Shown: one piece after another, positions 17,127-26,385 of the stretch
Layout: each line of letters opens with the position of its first letter
How positions within the stretch are numbered: position 1 is the stretch's first letter
Origin: a virus
Lineage: Duplodnaviria > Caudoviricetes
IMG/VR virus record: IMGVR_UViG_3300035008_000005
Location: 1 to 48,699 of that record
Strand: one strand, 5' to 3'
Length of the DNA stretch: 48,699 bases
Position numbers and translations under genes: made by a program
The notes under the pieces: model-generated
Databases searched by the model: none
Told to the model about the DNA's origin: nothing
What the model saw: the letters and a program-made list of their open reading frames with translations, nothing else

Positions 17127-17353
17127 CGTTGGGCAGCTTCAGTGCAATCGGCCGCCGCATTGACGTTCCACCGCTGATATTCTGGCGAATTTTCCTCCGC
17201 CAGATAGGCCTCCGAGACTTCGCGGGCCTTGCTGCATAATTCTGCGACGTCGCGGTTCGCCGATTTCATCATGTCGTATTGCCGCTCAAGCTTCGCCGAT
17301 TCCGGTTCGGAGCAGGCGCCCAGAGCGAGGGCGGCGAGGACGGCGTATCGCAT
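17123..17353 (-). CDS. Small lipoprotein (moron)
   Basis: MRYAVLAALALGAC lipobox. Confidence 0.75.
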   Translation of the reverse strand: MRYAVLAALALGACSEPESAKLERQYDMMKSANRDVAELCSKAREVSEAYLAEENSPEYQRWNVNAAADCTEAAQR

Positions 17354-17390
17354 GGGGCGCGAACCTAGCGCCAAACGCGCCCGCGTTCAA

Positions 17391-17822
17391 CTAGGCCAAC
17401 ATGCGCGCCGTGATAGAGGCGGAATATTGGAACGCCCCCGGCTCTTCCGGGTCTGGACGCAAAATCAAATCGCCCATGCGATATGCCACCTTCCCAACGT
17501 CCGTGAGAACAGCTCGGCGCCCATCGACGGTTAGCTCGATCGCCTCGCCTATCTGCGCTGCGTGCGTTTCGGCCGTCACATTAGCAAGCCCGCGGGTGAA
17601 AGCAGAAACGCCAAAATTGACGGTCGCCCCGCGCACGCACGCTGCACGAAGCGGCAACGCCTGCGGGGCGGTGAGTTTGATGAATGGCCATTCCGGAACG
17701 CCGTCGGGTTGCTGCGTATGGATATTTTCCTCGGCGATGATCGCGAGGACGCCAGCGTCATTCTTTAGCGCGATGAGAACGTCGCGACGAGCGAGGCGTT
17801 GAAGCGCGGCCATCGTTGCCAT
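17391..17822 (-). CDS. Tail terminator (DUF3168-like)
   Basis: Position; WPFIKL. Confidence 0.75.
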   Translation of the reverse strand: MATMAALQRLARRDVLIALKNDAGVLAIIAEENIHTQQPDGVPEWPFIKLTAPQALPLRAACVRGATVNFGVSAFTRGLANVTAETHAAQIGEAIELTVDGRRAVLTDVGKVAYRMGDLILRPDPEEPGAFQYSASITARMLA

Positions 17823-17973
17823 TACTGGTCTCCAAGGTAGGGATGATGAGGACGCGGGCCTTACGCGCCGCCAACTGGATATGAGCGGGCAGATTTTCCT
17901 TGTGCCCGGCGGGGTATGTGACCGTCGTTTCGGGGTCACGATAGGTCCATTCGGCTGCGAACGTGTCCATCAT
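17758..17973 (-). CDS. Hypothetical protein
   Basis: AAGGAG SD; TVTYPAG. Confidence 0.55.
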   Translation of the reverse strand: MMDTFAAEWTYRDPETTVTYPAGHKENLPAHIQLAARKARVLIIPTLETSNGNDGRASTPRSSRRSHRAKE

Positions 17974-18428
17974 TTCGCTCCTTGTTTGGTCGAGGCAACA
18001 AAGCGCCCGAATGCGTCGTCGAGCATGGCTTTGACCTCGGGCTTCTTGCGGTCGCGGGCTGGCCGCATGAACGGCCTGGCTTCCATGCGGGATGTACCGA
18101 ATTCGAGCCAAGCCGACTTTCGGTCGTTCGATGTAACCAAAACCCTTAGAGGTGCTGGCTGGGTTGCCTCGATTCCACTCCGGAGATCTCCCTCGAAGAC
18201 AGCGGGCGGCTCGCCCGGTCGAGACGGGACATGGTTCCTTTTGTTCTGAACCTCAGCCCTGCCGCGCGTCATGCTGATCTGAGCTTCGACAACGATTTCC
18301 TCGCCGCCCGCGAATAGTGCAGGGCCAAGATATTTCTCGACCCCACCGCCGGCGAGCGCACGCATCCGGCGCACGGCTTCTGATTTACCCTTAAGCGGCA
18401 CGACCGCGACACTCCCACCCGAACCCAA
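17970..18428 (-). CDS. HK97 gp10-like neck/tail completion protein (start uncertain)
   Basis: SRPGEPP, LEFGTSRMEARPFMRPA. Confidence 0.9.
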   Translation of the reverse strand: MGSGGSVAVVPLKGKSEAVRRMRALAGGGVEKYLGPALFAGGEEIVVEAQISMTRGRAEVQNKRNHVPSRPGEPPAVFEGDLRSGIEATQPAPLRVLVTSNDRKSAWLEFGTSRMEARPFMRPARDRKKPEVKAMLDDAFGRFVASTKQGAK

Positions 18429-18759
18429 GCGTATCGCGCTGCACGGTGACGAGCGAATAGACCTTGCCCGCGAACGGCCCGGCGGAAACGGCGAGCGTCG
18501 GCGTGCGATCGAGCGCCTCCGGGTCGATGATCAGGATTCGCACGTCCTCGGCCATGAAGCCGTCGGCTTGACGCATCGCCTCGGTAGCGACGTCTATTTG
18601 TGCGCGGCAGGCGACATCATAGGGCGTTCCCGGCGTGACGATATCGCCGCCGTCGTCCTTCACCGGCACGCCCGGATAGGTCAGCGTCGCGGTGTAATAG
18701 GGACCGCCGACGGCTTCGGACACCAGCCCGGCGATCTGGCGAAAGGCCTCGTCAAGCAT
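18391..18759 (-). CDS. Head closure protein
   Basis: Position; DVRILI...WECRGR. Confidence 0.7.
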   Translation of the reverse strand: MLDEAFRQIAGLVSEAVGGPYYTATLTYPGVPVKDDGGDIVTPGTPYDVACRAQIDVATEAMRQADGFMAEDVRILIIDPEALDRTPTLAVSAGPFAGKVYSLVTVQRDTLGFGWECRGRAA

Positions 18760-19153
18760 CGGTCGCTACCTTGGGCATGAAACTCACATCGAGGCTGAGT
18801 TCGGCGCTGGCGAGGATGGTGACAGCCACGCGGCCGTGCGGCTTGTCGGTGCGCCAGCTATTGTCCGAACGTCCCGATACATGCCCCCAACCAGTCGCCT
18901 TTTGGGTTGCCTCGGCGAGCGCCTTCACGATGGTATCGAGGTCGGCAGCGTCTTCCGTCCATGGCACTGCAACAAGATCAAGGTCGCGGGCAAGAGACCC
19001 GTGGATGGCAAGAGAATAGCCGTTAGCACGCGCGGCGTCGCGCAGATGAGGCAGGCAATGATCGAGAAAAATCCCAATCTCGGAACGCATACGCTCGACC
19101 GCATAGGCCTTCGCATAATCGCTGTAATGGTCGGGGTGACGCCACTCGCCCAT
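18752..19153 (-). CDS. Putative minimal nucleotidyltransferase-fold protein
   Basis: GYSLAIHGSLARDLDLVAVPW and distal LDVSF. Confidence 0.55.
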   Translation of the reverse strand: MGEWRHPDHYSDYAKAYAVERMRSEIGIFLDHCLPHLRDAARANGYSLAIHGSLARDLDLVAVPWTEDAADLDTIVKALAEATQKATGWGHVSGRSDNSWRTDKPHGRVAVTILASAELSLDVSFMPKVATDA

Positions 19154-19800
19154 CACGCGCACCCAACGAGTCGCGGCCCACCAACGTTCCGGCGCAGATA
19201 GGTCAGGAACTGGACGCCATATTTCGTCGACGAATAGCCGCCAGATCCCGAGCGAATTACTGCCCCCTCGGCGAAATTGACCGACATCGACGCGGATTTG
19301 AACGACGTCACGCCCATTGCTGCCAGAGCGCCAACAGCACCGCCAGCCGAACCAGCCCCAGACAACGCGAGATTATGCGCCGCCAAGGCCATGCGCGCGG
19401 GCGAGATATCGGCCTCGATCCACGAATCCGTGACGGTCGTCTCGGCATCCTTCAGCCAATAGGCGATTTGCGAGACGCCGACCGATGCGAAGGCCGGATA
19501 GCGCATGAGAAATTCCGCGACCAACGCCGACGAGGAATCGACGACATTGACGATGACGGTCGTCTCGAAGGTGCGCCCGCCCGACGTCACCGCCGTCAGC
19601 GTGAAAACCGAAGCCGTGCCGTCAGTGCCGCCCGAAAGCCAGATCGTGCCGGTTCCGTCCGCTTCGGCATAACTGTCCAGCACGACATCGCCCGAAATCT
19701 TGGCGGCGGTAAAGGACGAGACCGAATCCCCGGCGTCCAGCGGGATCTTCCAAGGATAATCTAGGACTTCCTGCGGGTCTTTGGCGAACTGGCTGGTCAT
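19153..19800 (-). CDS. Head-tail adaptor (DUF4054-like) with extra N-terminal domain
   Basis: N-terminal KDPQEVLDY...WLSGG...TSGGRT; C-terminal FLMRYPAF...AAHNL...STKYGVQFL. Confidence 0.8.
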   Translation of the reverse strand: MTSQFAKDPQEVLDYPWKIPLDAGDSVSSFTAAKISGDVVLDSYAEADGTGTIWLSGGTDGTASVFTLTAVTSGGRTFETTVIVNVVDSSSALVAEFLMRYPAFASVGVSQIAYWLKDAETTVTDSWIEADISPARMALAAHNLALSGAGSAGGAVGALAAMGVTSFKSASMSVNFAEGAVIRSGSGGYSSTKYGVQFLTYLRRNVGGPRLVGCA

Positions 19801-21569
19801 CGGCCCGACACTACGCTTTTGACCGCCCGCGAGCTTACCGCCGTCACTATGGTGCGGTCTTGAGGGGTGCGGATCGTGCGGGCAGGTATGGTTGAAGTGA
19901 TTTCGCGGGACTGGCGGGGATCTTTGACCGAGCGCGCGGCCGATGGCGGCAGCGAAATGCGGATGGCCGGCGCCGTTGCCAGGTGCAGATGGACCGCCGA
20001 ATAGGGAGTGACCGAAGCGGTGGCCGATATGGTCGGGCTCGAGGTGTCGTTGACGTGCGCCGATGCATCAGGGTTGACCGCCGAGCGCGCGGGCAGGCTC
20101 GGCGAGGTGGACGCGACATCGTGCGCGCTATCGTTCACGACGACGCCACCGGCCCACGCGATCGACGGCGAACCCGATACCTGATCATGCGAGGCAGTGT
20201 CTGGCGCGATGACGGTCGAGCCGGACAGGCTGGGTTCGGTCGATGCGACGTCATGGGCGGAATCGTCGACCGATACCGCCGAATGCGCCGCTATGGTCGG
20301 CTCGGATGCAGTCGTGTCGTGCGATGCGCTTTCCGGCACAATCGAGCCCGCCAGCGTGATCGTCGGCTGTGTCGAGGCGACGTCATGGACCGTCGAATCC
20401 GGTGCGATCGGATAGACGGCGGCAAGGCTCGGGCTGGTCGAAACGGTGGTATGCGCCGATCCGTCGGGAGAGACGGTAGAGGCCGACGAAAGCGTTGGCG
20501 CTGACGATGCCAGGATATGCGCTGCATCGTCGGGCTGGACGTCAGATGCCGCGGCGATCGATGGCGAGGATGCTGCCGACATGTGCGCCGATCCATCCAC
20601 GGCAACGCTGTTGGCAGTCGCGAGGCTCGGGCTTGTCGCAGCGTTCACATGGGCGGCATTATCCGGCTCCACCGACGATTGAGCGGTGATCGTCGGGCTC
20701 GATGCCTCCGATATGTGAGCAGTTGCGCCCGGCGATATAGCGACCGGAACGCTGACGGGCGGGCTGGACGCAACATGGACGTTAGCTGCGCTGTTCGGGG
20801 TTACGGTCGATTTCGCGGCCAAGGTGGGCGATGAGGCCGTGTGCGTGTGCGCAGCGTTCGCGGGGGTTATCGAGACAGACGACGACACATTCCTGATCGC
20901 CAGCGTGATCCAGATGTGCCCTGAGATCGCTCGAGCGTCTGCAACGATGTTCGGGACCGCACCCGCCGTCTCTTTCTCCGCGGTGAATATCGCGACCCCG
21001 CCACCGGCTCCCGCTGCCGTGCCGTTGTCGAATTGCTTGGCAAGATTTTCTCCGCCGCCGCTCGGGGCAGGGCTGGTTTCCCACGTATTTGTCGCGAGGT
21101 CCAAATCGGAAAAGACGAAGGTGACGATGAGGCAATTGTCGTCGGGCGTCGTGATGGCGCCGAAAGTCCGCCCCGCTGCCGGGGTGCCTTGCGGAGCGGA
21201 GCCGCTGTCGAGCGCGCAGACCTCAACCGCCGACGCACCGCCGCTTGGCCGAACGGCGAGACCGACAGCATATTGATGGTTTCCGCTATCGGCGATGGCT
21301 ACGGTCGCTTCGGACCCCGTCGCCTGTTTGTCGAAAACCGCCCCGCGAACGGCTTGCGCAGCACCCGCCGTGCCTTGGCCTAGAGGGTTGCCCGAGCCGG
21401 GCGTCTGCGTGAACCCTGTCGGCGCGGCGATGGCCTGGTTGGCAGTCTCGACACCGATGAGCAGCAAGTCGCCAGCCGCATGACCCGACCCCGAAAAACT
21501 GATGTTAAACGTGCTGGCGTTGCCGTTTCCAGTGCTCAAGCCAACAAAGGTGGGGCCGGAATATGCCAC
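19797..21569 (-). CDS. Fibre-like virion protein with 14 x 22-aa His repeats
   Basis: Beta-rich N-terminal domain followed by tandem repeats. Confidence 0.75.
   Translation of the reverse strand: MAYSGPTFVGLSTGNGNASTFNISFSGSGHAAGDLLLIGVETANQAIAAPTGFTQTPGSGNPLGQGTAGAAQAVRGAVFDKQATGSEATVAIADSGNHQYAVGLAVRPSGGASAVEVCALDSGSAPQGTPAAGRTFGAITTPDDNCLIVTFVFSDLDLATNTWETSPAPSGGGENLAKQFDNGTAAGAGGGVAIFTAEKETAGAVPNIVADARAISGHIWITLAIRNVSSSVSITPANAAHTHTASSPTLAAKSTVTPNSAANVHVASSPPVSVPVAISPGATAHISEASSPTITAQSSVEPDNAAHVNAATSPSLATANSVAVDGSAHMSAASSPSIAAASDVQPDDAAHILASSAPTLSSASTVSPDGSAHTTVSTSPSLAAVYPIAPDSTVHDVASTQPTITLAGSIVPESASHDTTASEPTIAAHSAVSVDDSAHDVASTEPSLSGSTVIAPDTASHDQVSGSPSIAWAGGVVVNDSAHDVASTSPSLPARSAVNPDASAHVNDTSSPTISATASVTPYSAVHLHLATAPAIRISLPPSAARSVKDPRQSREITSTIPARTIRTPQDRTIVTAVSSRAVKSVVSGR
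19835..19846 (-). promoter_or_regulatory. Late-promoter motif (copy 4)
   Basis: Exact 12-mer, N21, then TAGTGT; ATG at 19800. Confidence 0.65.
19944..20867 (-). repeat. 14 degenerate 66-bp (22-aa) tandem repeats
   Basis: Consensus approximately xPDxxxHxxxSxSPxLxxxxxV, uninterrupted register. Confidence 0.9.
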
Positions 21570-21589
21570 GGGCTATCTCCCGCCCGAAT

Positions 21590-21955
21590 TTACGACGGGT
21601 CGCGGACCTCGATCGTCCACGCGCCGATGTCGACCGTGCCGCCCGCTGCGACAGCCTGTGAAGCGGTCGTCGTGACATAGCGAAGGGTCGTGTCGCCGGT
21701 CTTGATCAGGGCGATATGCGTTGCCGTGCCCGAGGCATCGACCGCAACGCCCGTCTTGGCCTGCACGCCGCGCTTACGGCCCGATGTGTCGCCGTTCGCG
21801 ATTGCGTCGAAGGTTGGGGCCACGTCGGCCAGCGCATAGGTCGCGTTCGCTTCGGTGTAGCTCGTCGGTTCGGCCGAGCAGAGGACCATCTTGTCCGCGT
21901 CGGTCCAATAGGTCAGGGCTGCATCGGCGCCCGCGTCGTTCATGCGTTTGGCCAT
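21590..21955 (-). CDS. Small beta-rich virion protein
   Basis: TAAGGA SD; ASGTATHIAL...GGTVDI. Confidence 0.7.
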   Translation of the reverse strand: MAKRMNDAGADAALTYWTDADKMVLCSAEPTSYTEANATYALADVAPTFDAIANGDTSGRKRGVQAKTGVAVDASGTATHIALIKTGDTTLRYVTTTASQAVAAGGTVDIGAWTIEVRDPS

Positions 21956-21968
21956 TTTCGGTCCTTAC

Positions 21969-22002
21969 AAAAAGGGCGGGCGGCTATTCACCGGCCCGCC
22001 CT
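21969..22002 (-). terminator. Intrinsic terminator after capsid operon
   Basis: AGGGCGGGC...GCCCGCCCT followed by T-run on the minus strand. Confidence 0.6.
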
Positions 22003-22024
22003 GCGCCCCAGACTGGTGGGTTGG

Positions 22025-22288
22025 TTACTTCGGCTCGCGGGCCAGCTCGATCGCGGCGATGATGTCGGCCTTGTTGGTCGCGTCGCCGAGGTCGATGCCC
22101 TCGGCTTCGGCGATGGCCTTCAGTTCCTTGACGGTGTTCGACGAAAGCGCGCCGTCGCTGCCGTCGTCGAACCATTCATCGTTCACGTCGGTGAAATCGC
22201 CCTCTGCCGTCTGGCCGGGTTCGACCATGACGAGCTGCGTTCCGATATAGGCGCCGCGTGCGCCAGTGCTGATGTTGACCAGTTTCAT
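22025..22288 (-). CDS. Small head-associated protein with Rho-N/HeH-like C-terminus
   Basis: TVKELKAIAEAEGIDL...KADIIAAI. Confidence 0.75.
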   Translation of the reverse strand: MKLVNISTGARGAYIGTQLVMVEPGQTAEGDFTDVNDEWFDDGSDGALSSNTVKELKAIAEAEGIDLGDATNKADIIAAIELAREPK

Positions 22289-22300
22289 TGTCAGCCCTCC

Positions 22301-23395
22301 TTAAAAGCTGTCGCGATACACGATCGCCTTGGGCAGTCGAATCTCGACGCCGCCGACGTTCATGATGCCGCCAACCTCGTAGACGAGGCTCGACTTCTGG
22401 AACGGCGGCAGGAACTGGTGGGCTCCGGGAAGGTGGAACTTCAGCACCTGGGCATTGTTCGCATAGGCGATCATGCGGGTCGTCGAGCCCGTGCCAGCCG
22501 TTTCGAGCGCGCGGCTCTTCAGGATGGTCAGGCCTTCGCCGGCGACGTTGTTGGCCATGAGGAAGCCGAGGATCGTCGATCCGGTGTCACCAACGCGGGT
22601 CGTCGCGATATAGTTGTAGGCCGAGGTCGGCAGGACCAGCGTGTCGGCGACCATCGTTTCGCCCGTTCCGGTTTCAACCGCGGTCAGGGCGGCATTGATG
22701 TCGCGCAGGATGAGGTCAGCGGTCTTTGCCGACCAGAGACGCGACGAGCCGGTGCCGTCCGCTGCCACCTGTGCCGACGGGGCGGAGCCGTTGTTGATGA
22801 AGCCGGTCCAGCCCTTTTCGGACACGCCCGCCGGAGTCTGCCCGGTCATGCCGATCGTGTAGATGAAGCGGTCGGCAGCGAGCTTGGCGGCGGCGGCCTT
22901 GTCGGAGCTGAGCGAGCGGCCAAGCTTGGCGGCGCGCTGCAATTCCTGCGTGTTCCACTCGTAGCCGATGGCCGCGAGGTGGAAGTTCTTGGTCGCCTGC
23001 GCCATCTTCGTGCTGGCATAGGGCATGTCGAATGCCCCGCCTGCCATGAATTCGGCCTGCCCGACCTGATCCATCGAATAGACCAGCGTGCCGACGTCCC
23101 ACATATCGCCCGACGTATCGACCGTCATGAAGCGCGAGATGTCGAAGCTCGGATACTTCGTCATGTAGACTTCGGTTTCGATGCGATAGAGCTGCGGCGT
23201 CAGGAAGGCATAACCGACCTGGGCATCGCTCAGGAAGGCATCGGCCTTGTCCGCGAAGGTGGCTGCCGTGCGCGCGTTGTCCGCCGCCCACAAGCCGATG
23301 ACCTGCTTTTTCAGGCCAGCGTCTGCGGCGAGGAAGCCGACCGGATCGGTGATGCGGCCCGCTGCGCTGTCGTAGAAATTGGTGATCGCGTTCAT
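22301..23395 (-). CDS. Major capsid protein (DUF2184 type)
   Basis: GYEWNTQELQRA, GGVEIRLPKAI; position. Confidence 0.9.
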   Translation of the reverse strand: MNAITNFYDSAAGRITDPVGFLAADAGLKKQVIGLWAADNARTAATFADKADAFLSDAQVGYAFLTPQLYRIETEVYMTKYPSFDISRFMTVDTSGDMWDVGTLVYSMDQVGQAEFMAGGAFDMPYASTKMAQATKNFHLAAIGYEWNTQELQRAAKLGRSLSSDKAAAAKLAADRFIYTIGMTGQTPAGVSEKGWTGFINNGSAPSAQVAADGTGSSRLWSAKTADLILRDINAALTAVETGTGETMVADTLVLPTSAYNYIATTRVGDTGSTILGFLMANNVAGEGLTILKSRALETAGTGSTTRMIAYANNAQVLKFHLPGAHQFLPPFQKSSLVYEVGGIMNVGGVEIRLPKAIVYRDSF

Positions 23396-23408
23396 TTCAT
23401 TCGCCCCT

Positions 23409-23855
23409 TCAGCGCTTGGCCAGCTTCACGAGCGCGGCGTTGGCGCCGGTCGTGTCGAAAAACCATCCGTCCATGATCGTGTTGTCGGTCGAGGTGTCGA
23501 CGATCGACGTGTCGGTGTCATAGGCCTGCGCACCGTCGGTGACGGCCTCGCCCGCCGTGACCCAGATGACGCCCCGCGCCATGATCGTCACGTTGTCATA
23601 CTGCTGATACTCGTCCGCATCGACGCCGGCGGTGAGCGCCAGTGCCGAGGTTGCGACCGAGATGCCGAGCAGCTGGCCGCCGGGCGTGCGCGTGCAGCCA
23701 TGATCGCCGGTGCCGCGATAGACGGGAACACCGAAGGGAATGCCCGCCGCATCTTCGCAGGTGCGCGTGATGCGGTTCGACGTTTCGCCGTTCGCCACCA
23801 TGCCGGGATAGCCGGCTGCGATCGTTTCGCCGTAGCTGGTCTGAAGTTCAGCCAT
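23409..23855 (-). CDS. Head decoration/cement protein
   Basis: GYPGM, IPFG, RGVIWV; immediately upstream of capsid gene. Confidence 0.8.
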   Translation of the reverse strand: MAELQTSYGETIAAGYPGMVANGETSNRITRTCEDAAGIPFGVPVYRGTGDHGCTRTPGGQLLGISVATSALALTAGVDADEYQQYDNVTIMARGVIWVTAGEAVTDGAQAYDTDTSIVDTSTDNTIMDGWFFDTTGANAALVKLAKR

Positions 23856-23867
23856 TTATCGTCTCCC

Positions 23868-24974
23868 TCAGGCGTACTGCGCGGCGCGCGCGAAATCGCG
23901 GACGCTGGCGTTGTCGGTGGTCACGGTGCGCGGCGCGCCGATCGGAACAACCGTGTCGTTCGCGCTCTTGCCGTCGGTCAGGCCATCGAAACGGGCCTCG
24001 ATATAGTCGTCCGACTTGTCGGCAATCGCGGCGTCGCCCTTGACGAGGCGGACGGTCTCGCGGCGGACGTCGGCAACGGTCTTGCCCTTGAAGTCCGGCG
24101 TCTTGTCGCCGAGCAGCGATTTGGCCTTGGTGACGGCTTCCGACTTGGCATCGGCAAGCGCGTCGATCTTGTCCTGATCGACAACCTTCGCCTTGAGATC
24201 GTCGATCTCTTTGTCCTTGGCGGCCATCGCCTTGTCGTGGGCGGTCGTCGCATCGGCCAGCGCCGTCTTGCTCGCGGCCATATCCGCTTGCAGCTTCAGA
24301 ATTGCCGCCTCCGCTTCATCGGAGACGTTCGGGACACGAAGCCCGTCGATCGTCAAAGTTTTCATGGGTATGTCTCCAGTGGAGGTGAGGCGGTCGAAAA
24401 TGTCCGCAGGGAGCGCGTCGCAGGCGGCGAAACCGTCCTTGATCGCACATTCGGAACCGGCACGGCCCCGATCCACGAGGGCGACGTGATTGCCCACGAT
24501 GGAAGTCTGACGCGCCTGGCATTTGGTGCCGTCGGGCGCGGTAAAGTCTCCGAACTGCAGGTCGGTCGAATAGCCGTTCGACAGTTCGCGCTTGCCCGCA
24601 TCGACCTTCGCGATGGCGTCGGCGTCGGTCAGCAGCAGGTCGAACGCGAGATAGTCACCGCTGCGCATGGCGCCCATGACGGTCCCGCGAGCGAGGTCTT
24701 TCCAGTTTTTCGAGGTGACGGGCTCGGCGGGGTGATTGTCGGTGATCGGTTTGCCGATGAAACTATGCGCGCTGGCAGTGTCGAAAACCGTCTGGTCGTC
24801 GCGCAGCACCTTGACAATCGGCGTGTCGCGCAGGCCATGCTTGTTCTCGGGGTCGACCTCAGGCCCCGCATAATCATAGACGCCCGTGCGCGCAGCCTTT
24901 GCGCGGACAGCCATATAGCCGTCTTTCGTGCGCTTCGGCGCGTCGAGGGTCAGGACGTCAGTGCAATACACCAT
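23868..24974 (-). CDS. Prohead protease/scaffold (DUF2213)
   Basis: ARTGVYDY, GKPITDNHP, ELSNGY, NHVALVDRGRAG; coiled-coil C-terminus. Confidence 0.9.
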   Translation of the reverse strand: MVYCTDVLTLDAPKRTKDGYMAVRAKAARTGVYDYAGPEVDPENKHGLRDTPIVKVLRDDQTVFDTASAHSFIGKPITDNHPAEPVTSKNWKDLARGTVMGAMRSGDYLAFDLLLTDADAIAKVDAGKRELSNGYSTDLQFGDFTAPDGTKCQARQTSIVGNHVALVDRGRAGSECAIKDGFAACDALPADIFDRLTSTGDIPMKTLTIDGLRVPNVSDEAEAAILKLQADMAASKTALADATTAHDKAMAAKDKEIDDLKAKVVDQDKIDALADAKSEAVTKAKSLLGDKTPDFKGKTVADVRRETVRLVKGDAAIADKSDDYIEARFDGLTDGKSANDTVVPIGAPRTVTTDNASVRDFARAAQYA

Positions 24975-25007
24975 GCCCGCTTGGGTATTGCGGGCTGGGT
25001 CAGGTCG

Positions 25008-25019
25008 TTACCGCCGTCA
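25008..25019 (-). promoter_or_regulatory. Late-promoter motif (copy 5)
   Basis: Exact 12-mer upstream of ATG 24974. Confidence 0.7.
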
Positions 25020-25030
25020 GGAAGGTGGGA

Positions 25031-25204
25031 TTATTCGAGCACGCCTTTGACGCGGACTCGTCGGGCCAATGGCTTGGGCAATTCGACGATGCGCGTTGGC
25101 GCTGGCATTCGCACCACGCGCCATCCCGCATCGGCGAGGTCTTCAACAGTCAGGCCGGGGAACTTGCTCTCGCCAATGATCTCGGGGTAGGTTTTCGGCT
25201 TCAT
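25031..25204 (-). CDS. Hypothetical protein
   Basis: Coupled start. Confidence 0.5.
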   Translation of the reverse strand: MKPKTYPEIIGESKFPGLTVEDLADAGWRVVRMPAPTRIVELPKPLARRVRVKGVLE

Positions 25205-25470
25205 CACCCGCCCTCGCTCAATGCGGCGTCGATCATGGCTTGCCAGATGTGCTCGGGTATATCTTTGGGATGGTGGCATTCTCCATAACCCGCCACTTGC
25301 ATCCCCTCGCTCGGCTCGCGGATCGCGGTGAGGACGGCGCGGGCGATTTGATCGGCCTCGTCGATCGCTGGTAATGCGGCCCGCAGCTCAGGGCTTGGAT
25401 TGCTCGCTAATTCCAGTCCACCAAGCCTGATATTCAGCACGGCATTGCGCGCGCGTGCCAGAGGCGTCAC
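25204..25470 (-). CDS. Hypothetical phage protein
   Basis: AIREPSEGM..AG...WQAMIDAAL module. Confidence 0.7.
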   Translation of the reverse strand: MTPLARARNAVLNIRLGGLELASNPSPELRAALPAIDEADQIARAVLTAIREPSEGMQVAGYGECHHPKDIPEHIWQAMIDAALSEGG

Positions 25471-25790
25471 AGATCAGCATCCCGCGCCGTTACTGTGATG
25501 CGGCTCGGCAAGACGTCGGCAGTCGGATGAATCTCGGCAGACGCATAATCGCCGCACCAGTCATAGTCCTTAGTGATCGGATAGACCGTCGACAAAGCAA
25601 TCATGTCGTCGAAGCTATGATCGCCTGTGCCAGCAATCTCCGCAGCCAGCGCAGGAACAAACTGCGGCGCGCGCTTTCGACAGGCACCCTCATTGGGCAA
25701 TCCAATCGCCGCGCCCTCCTTGTCCGACCAAAAGCGGCACGTCGCGCAATGAAGGCCCATCGCGTCCGACCAATCTTCACCCGCGCTCAT
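25467..25790 (-). CDS. Cys-motif hypothetical protein
   Basis: CATCRFW...GACRKRAP...YP...DWCGDY. Confidence 0.7.
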   Translation of the reverse strand: MSAGEDWSDAMGLHCATCRFWSDKEGAAIGLPNEGACRKRAPQFVPALAAEIAGTGDHSFDDMIALSTVYPITKDYDWCGDYASAEIHPTADVLPSRITVTARDADL

Positions 25791-26127
25791 GCTGAAACTC
25801 CCTCGGCAAGCAGTCATCAGCCAGCATCGCGCGGTATTCCGGCACCGCCAGCATCTTTTCGTGAATCAGGGCAATTGGCACTTCGTAAAATGCCGCGATA
25901 TGCCAAAGGTCGATGAACATGCGGGCGAGCAATGCGGGATGCTCTTTCTGTGCGCAATTCTTCCAAGTGTCGTTGCACGCACCGCCGGTGTAATCCCACC
26001 GATCGCTCCAATAATCGTTATGCCCGATGGGGCGAATATCGAAAAGTGCGGGCGCGTCGCCATCTGGCTTCTTCCAAAGCAGCAGCACGTCCTTTAGGGG
26101 TATGTCAGCCATTCGATGTCCTATCAT
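25777..26127 (-). CDS. Hypothetical protein
   Basis: 116-aa ORF in coupled cluster. Confidence 0.65.
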   Translation of the reverse strand: MIGHRMADIPLKDVLLLWKKPDGDAPALFDIRPIGHNDYWSDRWDYTGGACNDTWKNCAQKEHPALLARMFIDLWHIAAFYEVPIALIHEKMLAVPEYRAMLADDCLPREFQHERG

Positions 26128-26187
26128 CGTCTAAGGTCAGGGCCGAGCAGCGCACCATCGCTGCTCGGCCCGAAAGTCTAGCACTGA

Positions 26188-26385
26188 TCAGCCGCGACTC
26201 AAAGGTTTTTCGCGCTTTTTCGTCAGCTTCATTTCAAGCGCGTAGCGACCGAAATGCTGGTGGATGAGCAGAATTACGGGATCGACGGCGCTCGGGATTA
26301 AAGCGGGCGCGGCGGCCTTCGCGGTGTCGATTGCGACGCCGACGGGCGGCATCTTCGGATCATAGACAACCTTAGGCTTTTTCAT
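26188..26385 (-). CDS. Hypothetical protein
   Basis: GGAG SD; overlaps the stop of the upstream gene. Confidence 0.45.
   Translation of the reverse strand: MKKPKVVYDPKMPPVGVAIDTAKAAAPALIPSAVDPVILLIHQHFGRYALEMKLTKKREKPLSRG

Noticed and set aside
19588-19599. Seventh late-promoter motif
   Set aside because: One mismatch, mid-CDS, and no downstream gene start
26140-26171. Intrinsic terminator
   Set aside because: Perfect stem, but no U-tract downstream on either strand; kept only as an unexplained hairpin
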